Below are positions 9,928-19,472 of a DNA stretch of 64,000 nt, one piece after another. Location: assembly GCA_037442745.1 (NCBI GenBank), contig JBBIPP010000009.1, positions 1 through 64,000 of the forward strand, written 5' to 3'. The stretch is from an archaeon. GTDB lineage: Archaea; SpSt-1190; DYHY01. Every line of letters starts with the position of its first letter. Position 1 is the first letter of the stretch. A program made the position numbers and the translations under genes. The notes under the pieces are model-generated. The model saw nothing but the letters and a program-made list of their open reading frames with translations, did not search any database and was not told the origin of the DNA.

Positions 9928-11472
9928 TCACAAAAAGGCGTCGGAATCGTCCCTCCGTTTCCTTGCGCGCTCTTCAAACTCCCTTGCTGCGTCCTCAATC
10001 CCAATTGAATGCCGTGGTTGCGGGCTTTTCCGCCCACGGATTTTGACAAAAGTCGGATAGTTTATCGCTTCCCCGACAATCAGGGCTTCCCCGACGCGAA
10101 GACTCGTAATGCTGGAAAGAGTGTCTGAGCTTATTCCTTCTGAAGACTGGCCAATGTGGTCGAGATCGTTTGGGTTTGTCACCCTCATTATTATGTGGGT
10201 GTTGCACTGGGAGAGTATTGTTGTCGAGAGCCGGACTGGCCTTTGGGAAATCAAGACAAGGGATGCGCAGAATTTCCTTCCCTCCCGGGCAACTGTTTCC
10301 AAAATTCCCCTGGCAATCGCGTTCTCCCTCGCCTCTCCTTGGGGGACGAAATTGTGGGCTTCCTCCACAATCTCCGCATAGGGAGCGATCGAGTTCCTCT
10401 TCCGGAGCTCAAAGAGCTTTCTTGAGACATAGTTCACTACAATCTGCTTTGTATAAGAGCTGGTAATCCCCGAGAGGTCGAAAATTGTCATTGCGCCCGG
10501 GGAGACAATTTCCTCGACCGGGGGGAAGGGAGTTGGGGAAAATATTCTTGAAGAGTTGAGGTCCTCTAGCCAGCCAATTGCGACCGATTTGGAGTCCTTT
10601 TTTGCATCCTCAATTGCCCCGATTTCCCTGACAATGTCTGAAATTTCGTATGTCTTTCCAGTCTCCCGCATCTCCTTTCGAAGGGCCTGGATTGCTGAAT
10701 GAATCAGGCGTCTTTGGGAAGCCGAAATGCTCGGGTTGAAGGTGCAAATCTCGCGGGCGGAGAGATCGGGAACCGGAATCTTGAATTTCGTGCAATCTAC
10801 TAGTATTGTCCTCCCTTGGTAGAGGCCGGGATCTGAAAAGCTCGAGTATTCCCCGTGGACGTCAATAACAACTATTGCAATGCGCCCCTGCTCTTTCTTC
10901 CGGTCAAGGAGCTCCTCAAGAAGAACGCTTGTGAGGTGGCTCTTCCCAGCTCCGCTCATTGCTAGGATTGCGAGGTGCTTTTGGAGGAGGCGGGTCGGGT
11001 TAACCTTTGCCTCAATTTTGTGGTGCTCGACTGCTCCCAATGCAAGGCCCGTTCCGTCGAACCCGAGGAATTTCGAGAGCTTGTCCGGGTCAATTTCGGA
11101 AACTGTCGAACCAGGAGAGACGGGATAAGTTGAGCGGACAACCCGTCCTTCTTTTGAGAATACGCCTAGGACCCTGGCGTCTGCAACAAGGAATTCCCAG
11201 GCATCGATTGGGAAGAGGCTTGAAAGCTCCGTCTCCTTTCCGTATTCCCTGACAGTCTCCGCCCGCGCGAAATACTTGTTCGTCTTCCTTATTGTCTCAA
11301 TTCTCGCGACAACGAGGCCGTCCTCGAACTCGACTGAGACGAACTGGTCCTTTCTTGCTGGAGCGCTCTCCGCCTGCTCAATAACGAAGGAGAATCCTTC
11401 GGGAGATGGGCCCTCTAGGGTTGATATTATTTTTCCAATTGGTTTTTTGGGGATTTGGTGTGAGTCTGCCAT
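9928..11472 (-). CDS. herA: HerA helicase/ATPase
   Basis: N-terminal HAS-barrel, HLAILAMSGAGKS Walker A, DVHGEY, EEAHNF, AREGRKF and SQRP; nurA lies upstream on the same strand. Confidence 0.93.
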   Translation of the reverse strand: MADSHQIPKKPIGKIISTLEGPSPEGFSFVIEQAESAPARKDQFVSVEFEDGLVVARIETIRKTNKYFARAETVREYGKETELSSLFPIDAWEFLVADARVLGVFSKEGRVVRSTYPVSPGSTVSEIDPDKLSKFLGFDGTGLALGAVEHHKIEAKVNPTRLLQKHLAILAMSGAGKSHLTSVLLEELLDRKKEQGRIAIVVIDVHGEYSSFSDPGLYQGRTILVDCTKFKIPVPDLSAREICTFNPSISASQRRLIHSAIQALRKEMRETGKTYEISDIVREIGAIEDAKKDSKSVAIGWLEDLNSSRIFSPTPFPPVEEIVSPGAMTIFDLSGITSSYTKQIVVNYVSRKLFELRKRNSIAPYAEIVEEAHNFVPQGEARENAIARGILETVAREGRKFCASLVLISQRPVRLSTTILSQCNTHIIMRVTNPNDLDHIGQSSEGISSDTLSSITSLRVGEALIVGEAINYPTFVKIRGRKSPQPRHSIGIEDAAREFEERARKRRDDSDAFL

Positions 11473-11534
11473 TTTCTGTCTTTTTCTCTGAGAAACTGAA
11501 CAGGAGAATAAAAGGGTTTTCGGGGACGAGTTTC

Positions 11535-11574
11535 CGGTATTCGGCGGGGACGGATATTAATTCGCCGAATACCG
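11535..11574 (-). promoter_or_regulatory. Palindromic operator upstream of herA
   Basis: CGGTATTCGGCG-N16-CGCCGAATACCG with perfect 12-bp arms; the same 10-bp arms and spacing occur upstream of radA. Putative TATA TTTTATT (minus strand) at 11507-11513. Confidence 0.7.
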
Positions 11575-11667
11575 ACCTCGCGTCGTACCTCGCTCGGCCG
11601 GTTGGGGCGGGGACGGATATTAATTCGCCGAATACCGACCTCGCGTCGTACCTCGCTCGGCCGGTTG
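11543..11667. repeat. Tandem duplication, 2 x 62 bp (period 63)
   Basis: GGCGGGGACGGATATTAATTCGCCGAATACCGACCTCGCGTCGTACCTCGCTCGGCCGGTTG at 11543-11604 and 11606-11667. Confidence 0.95.
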
Positions 11668-11743
11668 AGTAATATAGACGAAAAATCGTAAAACCTTCCT
11701 AAATCTTAATCTTCTTTTTAATAGAGAAGCTCGTTTCTTCATT

Positions 11744-12279
11744 ATGGAAATAAATCAAGTAAGAACTGCTATAAAAATAGGTGATTTTATTCTAAGAAAG
11801 AATCATCGAAACAAAATAGATTTGATTTATTAGATTCTATTCCAAAAGAAACCTTGGTGGCGGACCTCCCTAGAGTTTATCTTTTTGTTGTTGACGGTGT
11901 TATTAAAAAAATTGGTGGTTCTTCAGGAAAAGGAGGAATAAAAAATACTATGAATTTTTACGTCTCCGCTATGACTGGCAGTCCGGGTGTTCCTAGATTC
12001 GTTCTGCATTTACTTATAGAAAAGGAACTAAAGAAAGATAGAAACGTGGAACTGTATATGATAACATCGCCTACTTGCCTCGCTGAAGTAAATGGATTAT
12101 TTTCATCAAAAAAGGTTGAAATTGCGAGCTTCAAGGAGATGGAGGATTTCTGCAAAGCTGATTATTTCTCCGTAGAGAAAAGGTTTCCTGATTGGAACTT
12201 TCAGGAGAACCATACGCCGTATCCACAGAAGGAAGCAAAACTTCACAACGAATATCACAAAAAAAGATTAAAAAAATAA
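11744..12279 (+). pseudogene. Putative GIY-YIG type II restriction endonuclease, frameshifted
   Basis: ATG at 11744 reads MEINQVRTAIKIGDF...IDLIY*, and a second frame continues LDSIPKETLVADLPRVYLFVVDGVIKKIGGS. This VY...KIG pattern is a GIY-YIG variant like that of Hpy188I. About 178 aa combined; convergent with a methyltransferase; AT-rich. Confidence 0.6.
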
Positions 12280-12283
12280 ATGG

Positions 12284-13268
12284 CTATACTCTAGGCGGGC
12301 TGAAAATAAGGATTTCATGAGAATCTTTGATATTCGTTTTCGTCCCGTTCATAAGGCGATTTTTACCTATTCGTGTCTCGCCTTGTCCCATTGTATATTG
12401 CCAAGAGGGAAAATGTTGTTCGAACTCTTGATAGTATTCGCGTATTGTTGGGCAGTTATTGTATGAAAGAATGAACCCGCCTTTATGTTTCTTTAATAAA
12501 TCCCGCAAAACTTCGTGAGGAAACCCTTTGTGATGAACGGGGATGTTTCTCATAGGATATATTCCTTTAAACATCTTTGAATCTGGACCGATATAATAAG
12601 GGGGATCCAAATACATAAAATCTGTTGGATATTTTTTAAGTACATTTTGGAAATCGGCACATTCAACTGTGAGCTTTCCCGGACGGAAAGCTCTTATTTT
12701 TTCTAACATTTTTCGGTATCTATCTTCGTTCAAGTATATTTCAGAACTCCAACCCATAAATCCGGGGCCGTATGACAAGTTGAAATTATACACAAAATAT
12801 GTGGCTAGTTTCAATTGGTCAAGGGTTGTTTCTTTCCTCCAAACTCTGTTGAGTGTTTTTCTTATGCGGTCAAACTCTTCCTTATTCGGCTTTAGTTTTT
12901 TGAGTTCGTGATAAAGTAGGTCGGGGGCGTCTATTTGAAATTTCCAATAATTGCACAAAATATCAAATATATCGAAGCCCTTAACCTAAGCCCGGGTGTT
13001 TACTTATTGCTATTTCAACAGAGCCTACGCCAAAAAATGGGGATATTACTCTCTTTGTATCAATAGGCAGTAGTTCTAGTATGTGCCCTACTGAAAGGCT
13101 TTTCCCGCCCGCATATCTTATTGTAGATTCCGCCACCCGTTTGTATCGGTTCATGCTATCGGGATTTTTGCTTGAAATATTTCTAAGAAATATTCGTTTC
13201 TTCTCGGCTAAGCTCACAAACTCATCTGGCGTAGTTTCGTATTCGGACATGAATGTTGTCAGTTCCAT
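12284..13268 (-). pseudogene. Dam/D12-class N6-adenine DNA methyltransferase, frameshifted near 12985
   Basis: The N-terminal part has RYAGGKS and SPFFGVGSVE. The second frame continues VKGFDIFDILCNYW, YLDPPYY and FILSYN. Confidence 0.88.
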
Positions 13269-13416
13269 ATCAAGTCTTTAAATAAAAATAATTGTTTAAC
13301 AATGTTGAGTGGCTATCTTTCCGCTAATCTTTTTTACTCCTGAAAACGACGGATTTGTTCTCTGGGAGGCCGCCCTTTAAACGAACCTCTTTTTTTGTAA
13401 AACTTTCGTAAATTTT

Positions 13417-14505
13417 CTAGAACGGTCTCTGCTTCCTTCTGAGAGCCATTGAAAGGGGCGTTGCTCCGGCCCTATCCGAAATCTGCTGGAAAATCAATTC
13501 AATATCCTCCTCAGAGAGCTTTGCCCGGGCGTCCGCCTCTATTATGACTGTGGGGAGCCCGTAGCTCCTGTTGAAGCGGGATGTGTTGTATATTGCGGAA
13601 GCTATTCTGTCAGCAACCTCGCCAACCTTTTCGGGTTCTGATAGGAAATCTATTTTCAGGGGGCGGTCGAACTCTGCCGAGCGAAGGTATATTGTGTAAA
13701 CCATTCTCGCGAATTCTCCGAGGCCCCCTTCCCCCAACTGGGACTTGCCCGGATGGGAGAATGCGCATGTCCGCTCTCCCGGGCTCAGGGAATCGAAAAG
13801 AATAACCGAGTCCCTGCAGTTCGTTTTCGGGGCTCCGGGAGAATCAGAAACTGAGCTGTAGAACCTGTTCTCCCTCGAATCCTCGACAACTCCCGAGAGG
13901 AAAATTCCGTTCTTCAAGCAGTATGAATAGAGTGACTTGTAGGCTGAGAGCATTTCCAGATAGTCAGCCCTAAGGGAGCTTCCTTCGCCCGCCTTGTTCG
14001 CCGGATGGGGGAGAATTGACCCGTGCATAACAAGGTGCTCCGGGTTTAGCGCTTTTGCGGAATCGAGCGCAATCTCAAACTCCTTTTTCGGGCGGATAAT
14101 GTTCACTGCAAGGAGAAAATCCATTTCAGACTCGGCATCGACAATTGTCTTTGGTTCTGGCGCGGGGTTCTTGGAAGGGAAATAGGAATGGTTCTTTAGC
14201 TTTCCCCGGGAATATTCAAAGAGAACGCCGACCGCTCGTATAAGTATCAGGTCAACCCCGTGATACTGCTCCTTTAGGAGACCGCCGTCAACTCCGAGTA
14301 TTTTGAAATCAGGCTCGTCTTTTCCGACTTTGATGAACAGGGGTTTCTCCGGTTCCGCCGACTCTTTGAGAACCTCGCCCGAGCGTTTTTCTGAAATCTC
14401 CCTCAGGAATTCGGAGGCAGCCCTCCTTTCAATTTCCTTGTTCCGGATTCCGTCAGCAGCTGATAGGACTGCTGTTGAGAGGTTCTTTGCGCCTGAAGGG
14501 GACAT
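13417..14505 (-). CDS. nurA: NurA 5'-3' nuclease
   Basis: ILGVDGG, MHGS, GVVEDS and YGLPTVIIEADARAK. Start placed at ATG 14505, downstream of TATTTAA at 14529-14535. Confidence 0.9.
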   Translation of the reverse strand: MSPSGAKNLSTAVLSAADGIRNKEIERRAASEFLREISEKRSGEVLKESAEPEKPLFIKVGKDEPDFKILGVDGGLLKEQYHGVDLILIRAVGVLFEYSRGKLKNHSYFPSKNPAPEPKTIVDAESEMDFLLAVNIIRPKKEFEIALDSAKALNPEHLVMHGSILPHPANKAGEGSSLRADYLEMLSAYKSLYSYCLKNGIFLSGVVEDSRENRFYSSVSDSPGAPKTNCRDSVILFDSLSPGERTCAFSHPGKSQLGEGGLGEFARMVYTIYLRSAEFDRPLKIDFLSEPEKVGEVADRIASAIYNTSRFNRSYGLPTVIIEADARAKLSEEDIELIFQQISDRAGATPLSMALRRKQRPF

Positions 14506-14547
14506 TGTTTTCCGTCTCTTGCGTTCGGTTAAATAGGCTTTTCCTGA

Positions 14548-14564
14548 ACTTTCCGATATTCGGC
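14548..14564 (-). promoter_or_regulatory. Single copy of the herA/radA operator arm upstream of nurA
   Basis: Plus-strand ACTTTCCGATATTCGGC has one mismatch to CCGGTATTCGGC and lies 20 nt from the TATA edge. Confidence 0.6.
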
Positions 14565-14638
14565 CTGTGCGTTGATTGATATTATTTCGCTCGTTTGGCC
14601 AGCTAAACAATATAAGCCCGAGGCGGAGTTTCTAGGAA

Positions 14639-16540
14639 ATGTCAAAGAAATATTATATTACAACAGCAATTCCCTATGTCAATGCACCTCCCCACATAGG
14701 CCATGCATTGGAATTCGTGCAAACAGACGTTATTGCCCGGTTTCACAGACTATTCGGGGAGGAAGTCTTCTTCCTCACCGGAACTGACGAGAACGCCCAG
14801 AAGAACGCCTTGGCTGCGGAAGCCCTCGGAATTCCCACGCAGACGCTTGTCGACAGGAACTCGGGCATTTTCGAACAAGTCCTCTCGAAGCTCTCAATAT
14901 CGAATACCGACTTTATCCGCACAACTGACAGGGCTAGGCATTGGGAAGGTGTGAAAGCCCTATGGAGCGCATGCGCCAAGTCTGGGGACATTTACAAGCG
15001 GGGCTATTCAGGCCTCTATTGCGTTGGATGCGAGGCTTTTGTTACTGACAAGGACCTAGTTGACGGAAAATGCCCGGAGCACATGAAGCCTCCTGAGGAG
15101 ATAATTGAGGAGAACTATTTCTTCCGGCTTTCGAAATACCAAAGAAAGCTCGAGGATCTGATAGAATCCGACTCTTTGAAAATAGTTCCTGAATCGAGAA
15201 AGAACGAGGTCCTCTCGTTCATACGGGAAGGGTTGGAAGATTTCAGTGTCTCTAGGCCCGCGTCTAGAATGGGAGGCTGGGGGATTCCGGTTCCGGGAGA
15301 CGAGAGCCAGACGATTTATGTCTGGTATGACGCCCTCGGAAACTACATAACTGCCCTCGGGTTCGGGACGAAAGCAGACGAGAAATACGAGAAATTCTGG
15401 CCGGCAAACCTACACGTTATTGGCAAAGGAATACTCAGGTTCCATGCAGTATACTGGCCGGCAATTCTTCTCTCGGCAGGAATCTCCCTCCCAAAGGAGA
15501 TTTTCGCCCACGGCTATATCACTGTCAACGGAACGAAGATGTCAAAATCCCTCGGAAACATTGTGGCCCCTATTGAGGTAGCGGAAAAGTTCGGGAGCGA
15601 TTCGTTCAGGTATTTCATTATGCGGGAAATCACGCCATTCGAGGACGGGGACTATTCAGAGGCTCTCCTTGCCGAGCGGGTCAATAACGAGCTTGTCGCC
15701 AATTTCGGAAACCTCGCGTACAGGACAATGACTTTTTCAGAAAAGAACTTTGGGGGGGTTCTGAAAAGGCCCTCCAATTTCTCGCCAAAAGAGGAAGCGC
15801 TTCTCGGCAGGAGGAAGGCTGTTGCCGAAAAGGTCAAGGGACTTGCTGAGGAGCTTAAACTCAGGGAAGCTCTTGAGGAGATTTTCACCCTCTCAAGCGA
15901 AGGGAACAAGTACTTTCAGGAGAGTAAGCCGTGGGTTCTTGTGAAGGAAAACCGGACAGAGTGCGAAAAGGCGCTATTTGTCGCGTCAGAAATAACAAAA
16001 ACTTGCGCAGTCCTCCTCTCCCCGTTCGTCCCTGTCGCGTCCGAGAAATGCCTAAGAATGCTCGGGGTAAGGAAAGAAACGCTTTTGCTTTCGGACGCAT
16101 ATTCGGATTCGGACTTGTTCTCAATTGGGAAGGTTGAAATACTTTTCAACAAAATAGAGGTTGCGAGAAAGGAAATTGGTGGGGGAGCTAAAATGGAATC
16201 CGGAAAGGAAAAGGTTTCGATTGATTACTTTAGGAAAGTCGAGCTACGCGTTGCGACAGTCCTCTCGGCGGAAAGGGTTCCCGGAGCGGAAAAGCTCCTG
16301 AAACTCTCCCTTGATGTCGGGGAGGGTATTCCGAGGGCAATTGTTTCAGGAATTTATCCTGTGTATTCTCCCGAAGATCTCCTTGGACGGCAGATAATAA
16401 TTGTCGCGAACTTGGAACCAGCGAAAATACGGGGAATTGAGAGCAACGGGATGCTCCTTGCAGCATGGGATGAAAAGAAAGGCCAGCTCGCCCTCATTCA
16501 CCCGGGAAAAGAGATACTTGCCGGAACGAGGATATCCTAG
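14639..16540 (+). CDS. metG: Methionine--tRNA ligase with fused C-terminal tRNA-binding (OB) domain
   Basis: YVNAPPHIGH, TGTDE, CVGC..CPEH knuckle, YVWYDAL, KMSKS and ANLEPAKIRGIESNGMLL. Confidence 0.97.
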   Translation: MSKKYYITTAIPYVNAPPHIGHALEFVQTDVIARFHRLFGEEVFFLTGTDENAQKNALAAEALGIPTQTLVDRNSGIFEQVLSKLSISNTDFIRTTDRARHWEGVKALWSACAKSGDIYKRGYSGLYCVGCEAFVTDKDLVDGKCPEHMKPPEEIIEENYFFRLSKYQRKLEDLIESDSLKIVPESRKNEVLSFIREGLEDFSVSRPASRMGGWGIPVPGDESQTIYVWYDALGNYITALGFGTKADEKYEKFWPANLHVIGKGILRFHAVYWPAILLSAGISLPKEIFAHGYITVNGTKMSKSLGNIVAPIEVAEKFGSDSFRYFIMREITPFEDGDYSEALLAERVNNELVANFGNLAYRTMTFSEKNFGGVLKRPSNFSPKEEALLGRRKAVAEKVKGLAEELKLREALEEIFTLSSEGNKYFQESKPWVLVKENRTECEKALFVASEITKTCAVLLSPFVPVASEKCLRMLGVRKETLLLSDAYSDSDLFSIGKVEILFNKIEVARKEIGGGAKMESGKEKVSIDYFRKVELRVATVLSAERVPGAEKLLKLSLDVGEGIPRAIVSGIYPVYSPEDLLGRQIIIVANLEPAKIRGIESNGMLLAAWDEKKGQLALIHPGKEILAGTRIS

Positions 16541-16660
16541 AACTGAAGCAGGGGCGGGGTATTGGCCACCTGTTAAGGGAAACTCCTCCGGGAGCTTGAA
16601 ACTCCTGCAAACGGGTTTTTTGGAAAAACCCTTTAAACTTTAACCCTTTATTCAGGGACA

Positions 16661-16945
16661 ATGTGCGGGTTTGAACTGAAGGCAAACGAAGGGGACACTG
16701 AGAGAATGGTGAGAGCGCTCCTCTCTGGAGCATTCCTCCTCTGGGGGTTCTTCCTCCTTGAGGGAATTCTCAGAACAGTAGCATATGTGCTCTCGGCAGT
16801 CCTTGCAATAACTGCAATAACCGGATTCTGCGGGCTGTATGCAATTATGGGAATAAGCACTTGCCACGTCCCTAAGAAGCCGGCTGTCCCGGAAGAGAAG
16901 GCTAAAAGGAAGCTTCCGGCAAGGGTCAAAGCCAGAAGAAAGTGA
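16661..16945 (+). CDS. DUF2892 (YgaP-like) small membrane protein
   Basis: NEG.TERMVR...TAITGFCGLYAIMGISTC pattern with two hydrophobic helices. Confidence 0.8.
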   Translation: MCGFELKANEGDTERMVRALLSGAFLLWGFFLLEGILRTVAYVLSAVLAITAITGFCGLYAIMGISTCHVPKKPAVPEEKAKRKLPARVKARRK

Positions 16946-17007
16946 AATTTCCCCTCCTGAAATAAAGTTTAAAAGGGACGTTCTAGCCAGTTTAGCCCGC
17001 GAGCTTT

Positions 17008-17084
17008 GGGCGCGTAGCTCAGTTGGTAGTAGCGCTGCTCTGATAAGGCAGAGGTCAAGGGTTCAAATCCCTTCGTGCCCACCA
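17008..17084 (+). tRNA. tRNA-Ile (GAT), CCA encoded
   Basis: Acceptor stem GGGCGCG/CGTGCCC-ACCA, anticodon arm CTGCT-CTGATAA-GGCAG, T-arm AAGGG-TTCAAAT-CCCTT; one extra T in the D-arm. Confidence 0.93.
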
Positions 17085-17179
17085 CCTCAGATTTCGGCTG
17101 ATTTCAGATGCCTCAACCTTCGTGCCCACCACCTCAGATTTCGGCTGATTTCAGATGCCTCAACCTTCGTGCCCACCAC
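17070..17179 (+). repeat. tRNA-linked tandem repeat, 47-bp period, three copies of the tRNA 3' end
   Basis: CCTTCGTGCCCACCAC at 17070, 17117 and 17164, separated by two identical 31-bp spacers. Confidence 0.95.
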
Positions 17180-17187
17180 GAAACCAC

Positions 17188-17306
17188 GGGGGCTAATCGC
17201 CCCCCTAGTTCTACGTTACTCCTGACCCCCCATGTGCGTCCTTTGGACGCACGAGCTCGCCTGAGTGTTTCGGAGAGCAGGCGAAATCCCGAAGGGCCTG
17301 AGCTCG
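17188..17306. ncRNA. Candidate structured RNA/DNA element
   Basis: Hairpins GGGGGC/GCCCCC and GTGCGTCC/GGACGCAC, then a multi-stem junction closed by GAGCTC...GAGCTC; family unknown. Confidence 0.3.
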
Positions 17307-17349
17307 GATAAATGCAACGCAATTAAACAATCGGGCAGTTCTATTGCCA

Positions 17350-17900
17350 ATGGAACTGCTCTTTGCGTCAACCAACAGCGGGAAATTCGAGCATCTGAAG
17401 GAACATCTCGCCCAGTTCGGGATATCTGTTGCCTAGGCGCGCCTAGAGCTCCCCGAAAGCCAGAGCTGGGAGCTCGCAGAAATTGTCAGGGAAAAGGCTC
17501 GCTTTGTTTTTTGGGAATTGAAAAGGCAGACCCTCAAGCTCGACTCGGGCTTCTTCATTGGTTCTCTCAAAGGTTTTCCCTGGCCGTATACAAAGTACGC
17601 CCTTGCTACAATCGGTGCAAGGGGGGATTGCAAGGCCAGTGGACTTGGGAAGCTTGGGTGGCTTTTTTGCGAACGCGCCCTGCTATTTCGATGGATAGGG
17701 CAACGGAATTGTCTTTGAATCCCAAATCATGGGAATTCTCGAGATTTCGCCGGGGGAAAGCTTCCCGAGGGAAAGGAAATCCTTTCGCGCTCTTTTGGAT
17801 GAAAAAATGGACGCCGGGAAAATTACTGCGAGGCTTAAGTTCGGGAGGCGTATCAGGCATCCGAGAGCGGCAATCAGGCCGAAAAGCCAGCCAGTCGTTT
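17350..17900 (+). pseudogene. Ham1/RdgB non-canonical purine NTP pyrophosphatase remnant
   Basis: MELLFASTNSGKF...SVA*(TAG 17434)ARLELPESQ...EIVREKA...LDSGFFIGSLKGFPWPYTK, followed by further frameshifts and stops (YFDG*GNGIVFES). The 3' boundary is approximate. Confidence 0.8.
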
Positions 17901-17930
17901 CTTCTTTTCCGGGAGGCGCATTTCCGGAAA

Positions 17931-18415
17931 TTAATTGGGGTCAATTCCGAGAGTCGTTGCCCGCGATTTTTCAATGCCGATTTTCTCGAGGGCCGAGAAA
18001 ACTTCCTTCTTCGAACTGCCATCTATTTCCGGGAGCTGGGGAATTTTCGGCAAATAGTCTATTGTGAGGACTGCCTCGGGAAGCTCCCACTTTTCCCTAA
18101 CATCCTCCCGATAATTTCTCCTACATCCGAGGCTTGTGAGTATTTTCGCGGTCGCATCAAAGCTTTCGACAATTGTCGTCGCTTCGAAAACATCCCCAAC
18201 CTTCCAGCTCTTGATTGACTTTGGTGTAAGTTCGGTCGTCGACCAGTCGGTTATCAGGCGTATCAATTTCTTCAGGCGCCTCTCTTTTGCTGGCAGATTA
18301 TAGACAATCCTCCGCAAAAGGGTTTTCTTTTGGGCCTTGCCCCAGCTCTCCTTAGGGTTGCCCGGAATTCCCCAAGGTCTATTGAAGGCACCCTTACTTC
18401 GTATTCTCTCGCAAT
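17931..18415 (-). pseudogene. CYTH-domain (class IV adenylate cyclase-like) gene, frameshifted
   Basis: REYEVR (ExExK-like) N-terminus in one frame and LLRRIVY...REKW...TIDYLP...EIDG in another. The shift is at an A-run near 18330, and the apparent start codon is ATT. Confidence 0.7.
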
Positions 18416-18478
18416 CCGGGAAAGTTCGCCTACGCTTTTGAGGAAACGCATTTTTAGAAGAGCTGGCAGTCCATCCAA

Positions 18479-18943
18479 ATGCTCCCCAAGTCGAACAGAA
18501 TGCATTTGCCTCTCTCCAAAACTCTTCTCGGATTGTCCTCGGGATTCCTTTTGGGAATTGTTTCGGGGCTCGCAATTGAGCTTCTTTTATCCATCGCGAA
18601 CGCGGAAATAAGGTATGTGGTTTTCCTCAAGGGAAACGGGTTTTTGACAATTGGGAGGATTTTTCTCGGGAACCTGATAATCTCGGCCCTCCTACACTAT
18701 CTTCCTGAAAAATTCCCGAAAAGAAAGAACCTTCCGGCAGTCCTGATTGGGACAATCGGATTTGTTCTCGGATTCTTCGGGGCAACTGCGGATTTCGGGA
18801 TATCCGAATATTTGCGGAGATTGCCCCACATGGTCCTTGAAATATTCGCATATGTTGTTTCCGCTCGGGGAGGCCGGCTTTACCCAGCAATAATTGCCCT
18901 CGGGGCGGGAGCGTTCTTCGAGTGGCTCTTTGTGCTGGAATGA
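18479..18943 (+). CDS. Membrane protein, stage II sporulation protein M-like
   Basis: IFLGN, LPHMVLEIFAY and AFFE pattern; about 5 hydrophobic segments. Confidence 0.6.
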   Translation: MLPKSNRMHLPLSKTLLGLSSGFLLGIVSGLAIELLLSIANAEIRYVVFLKGNGFLTIGRIFLGNLIISALLHYLPEKFPKRKNLPAVLIGTIGFVLGFFGATADFGISEYLRRLPHMVLEIFAYVVSARGGRLYPAIIALGAGAFFEWLFVLE

Positions 18944-19002
18944 GAGGAGCGTTTTCCCCTGCAAAAACAAAACAATAAAAGCTTGGCTAGGGACTTGTCA
19001 GG

Positions 19003-19344
19003 ATGTCCAATGTGGTGGGTCCAAAAAAGAAACCTGTCGGAAGAAGCAAGGCAACTACTGCAAATGGCAAGCCGGGGGGCAAGCCGGGGGGCAAGCCGGG
19101 GGGCAAGGGCGCCAAGAAACTTTCCACGGGACCAATCAAAAAAACCCTTCTGATAGGGGATGTTGTCAACAAATATCCGGAAACCGTCGAAATAATGCTT
19201 TCAAGGGGATTTCATTGCATTGGCTGCCATGTGAGCCCGTTTGAAACAATTGAGCAGGGCGCGTCAGTCCACGGGATTTCTGGCAAGGAACTTGACAAAA
19301 TGCTGATTGAAATGAACAAGGTTGCGTCGAAGAGGAGAAAATAG
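19003..19344 (+). CDS. DUF1858-domain protein with Lys/Gly-rich N-terminal tail
   Basis: IGDVVNKYPET...GFHCIGC...ETIEQGASVHG. The GKPG repeat is encoded by a 12-bp x3.5 tandem at 19066-19107. Confidence 0.85.
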   Translation: MSNVVGPKKKPVGRSKATTANGKPGGKPGGKPGGKGAKKLSTGPIKKTLLIGDVVNKYPETVEIMLSRGFHCIGCHVSPFETIEQGASVHGISGKELDKMLIEMNKVASKRRK

Positions 19345-19472
19345 GAAACTGGACAGAAGGAACCATCAGAAGCTACTCCTGTTCGTCATCTGTTGTATCA
19401 GAGTGTGTTCACTTCATCATCTGGCTTTTCCCCGCCTTATGCCAAAGTTTTTAAGACAATTGGGTTGAATCA

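Noticed and set aside
17070-17179. CRISPR array
   Set aside because: The spacers are identical, the repeat is only 16 bp and equals the tRNA 3' end, and there are no cas genes.
17253-17305. Hammerhead ribozyme
   Set aside because: It has a junction with GAAA but no CUGAnGA core in the right place on either strand.
17434-17436. Amber read-through or recoding in the Ham1 gene
   Set aside because: The gene has further stops and frameshifts, and TAG ends many intact genes here (mat, metG, nurA, lhr).
17265-18218. 317-aa plus-strand ORF
   Set aside because: It is a shadow frame over the Ham1 and CYTH remnants, with no protein-like motifs.
19066-19107. 12-bp tandem repeat as a phase-variation switch
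   Set aside because: The unit is in frame and only changes the length of a GKPG low-complexity tail.
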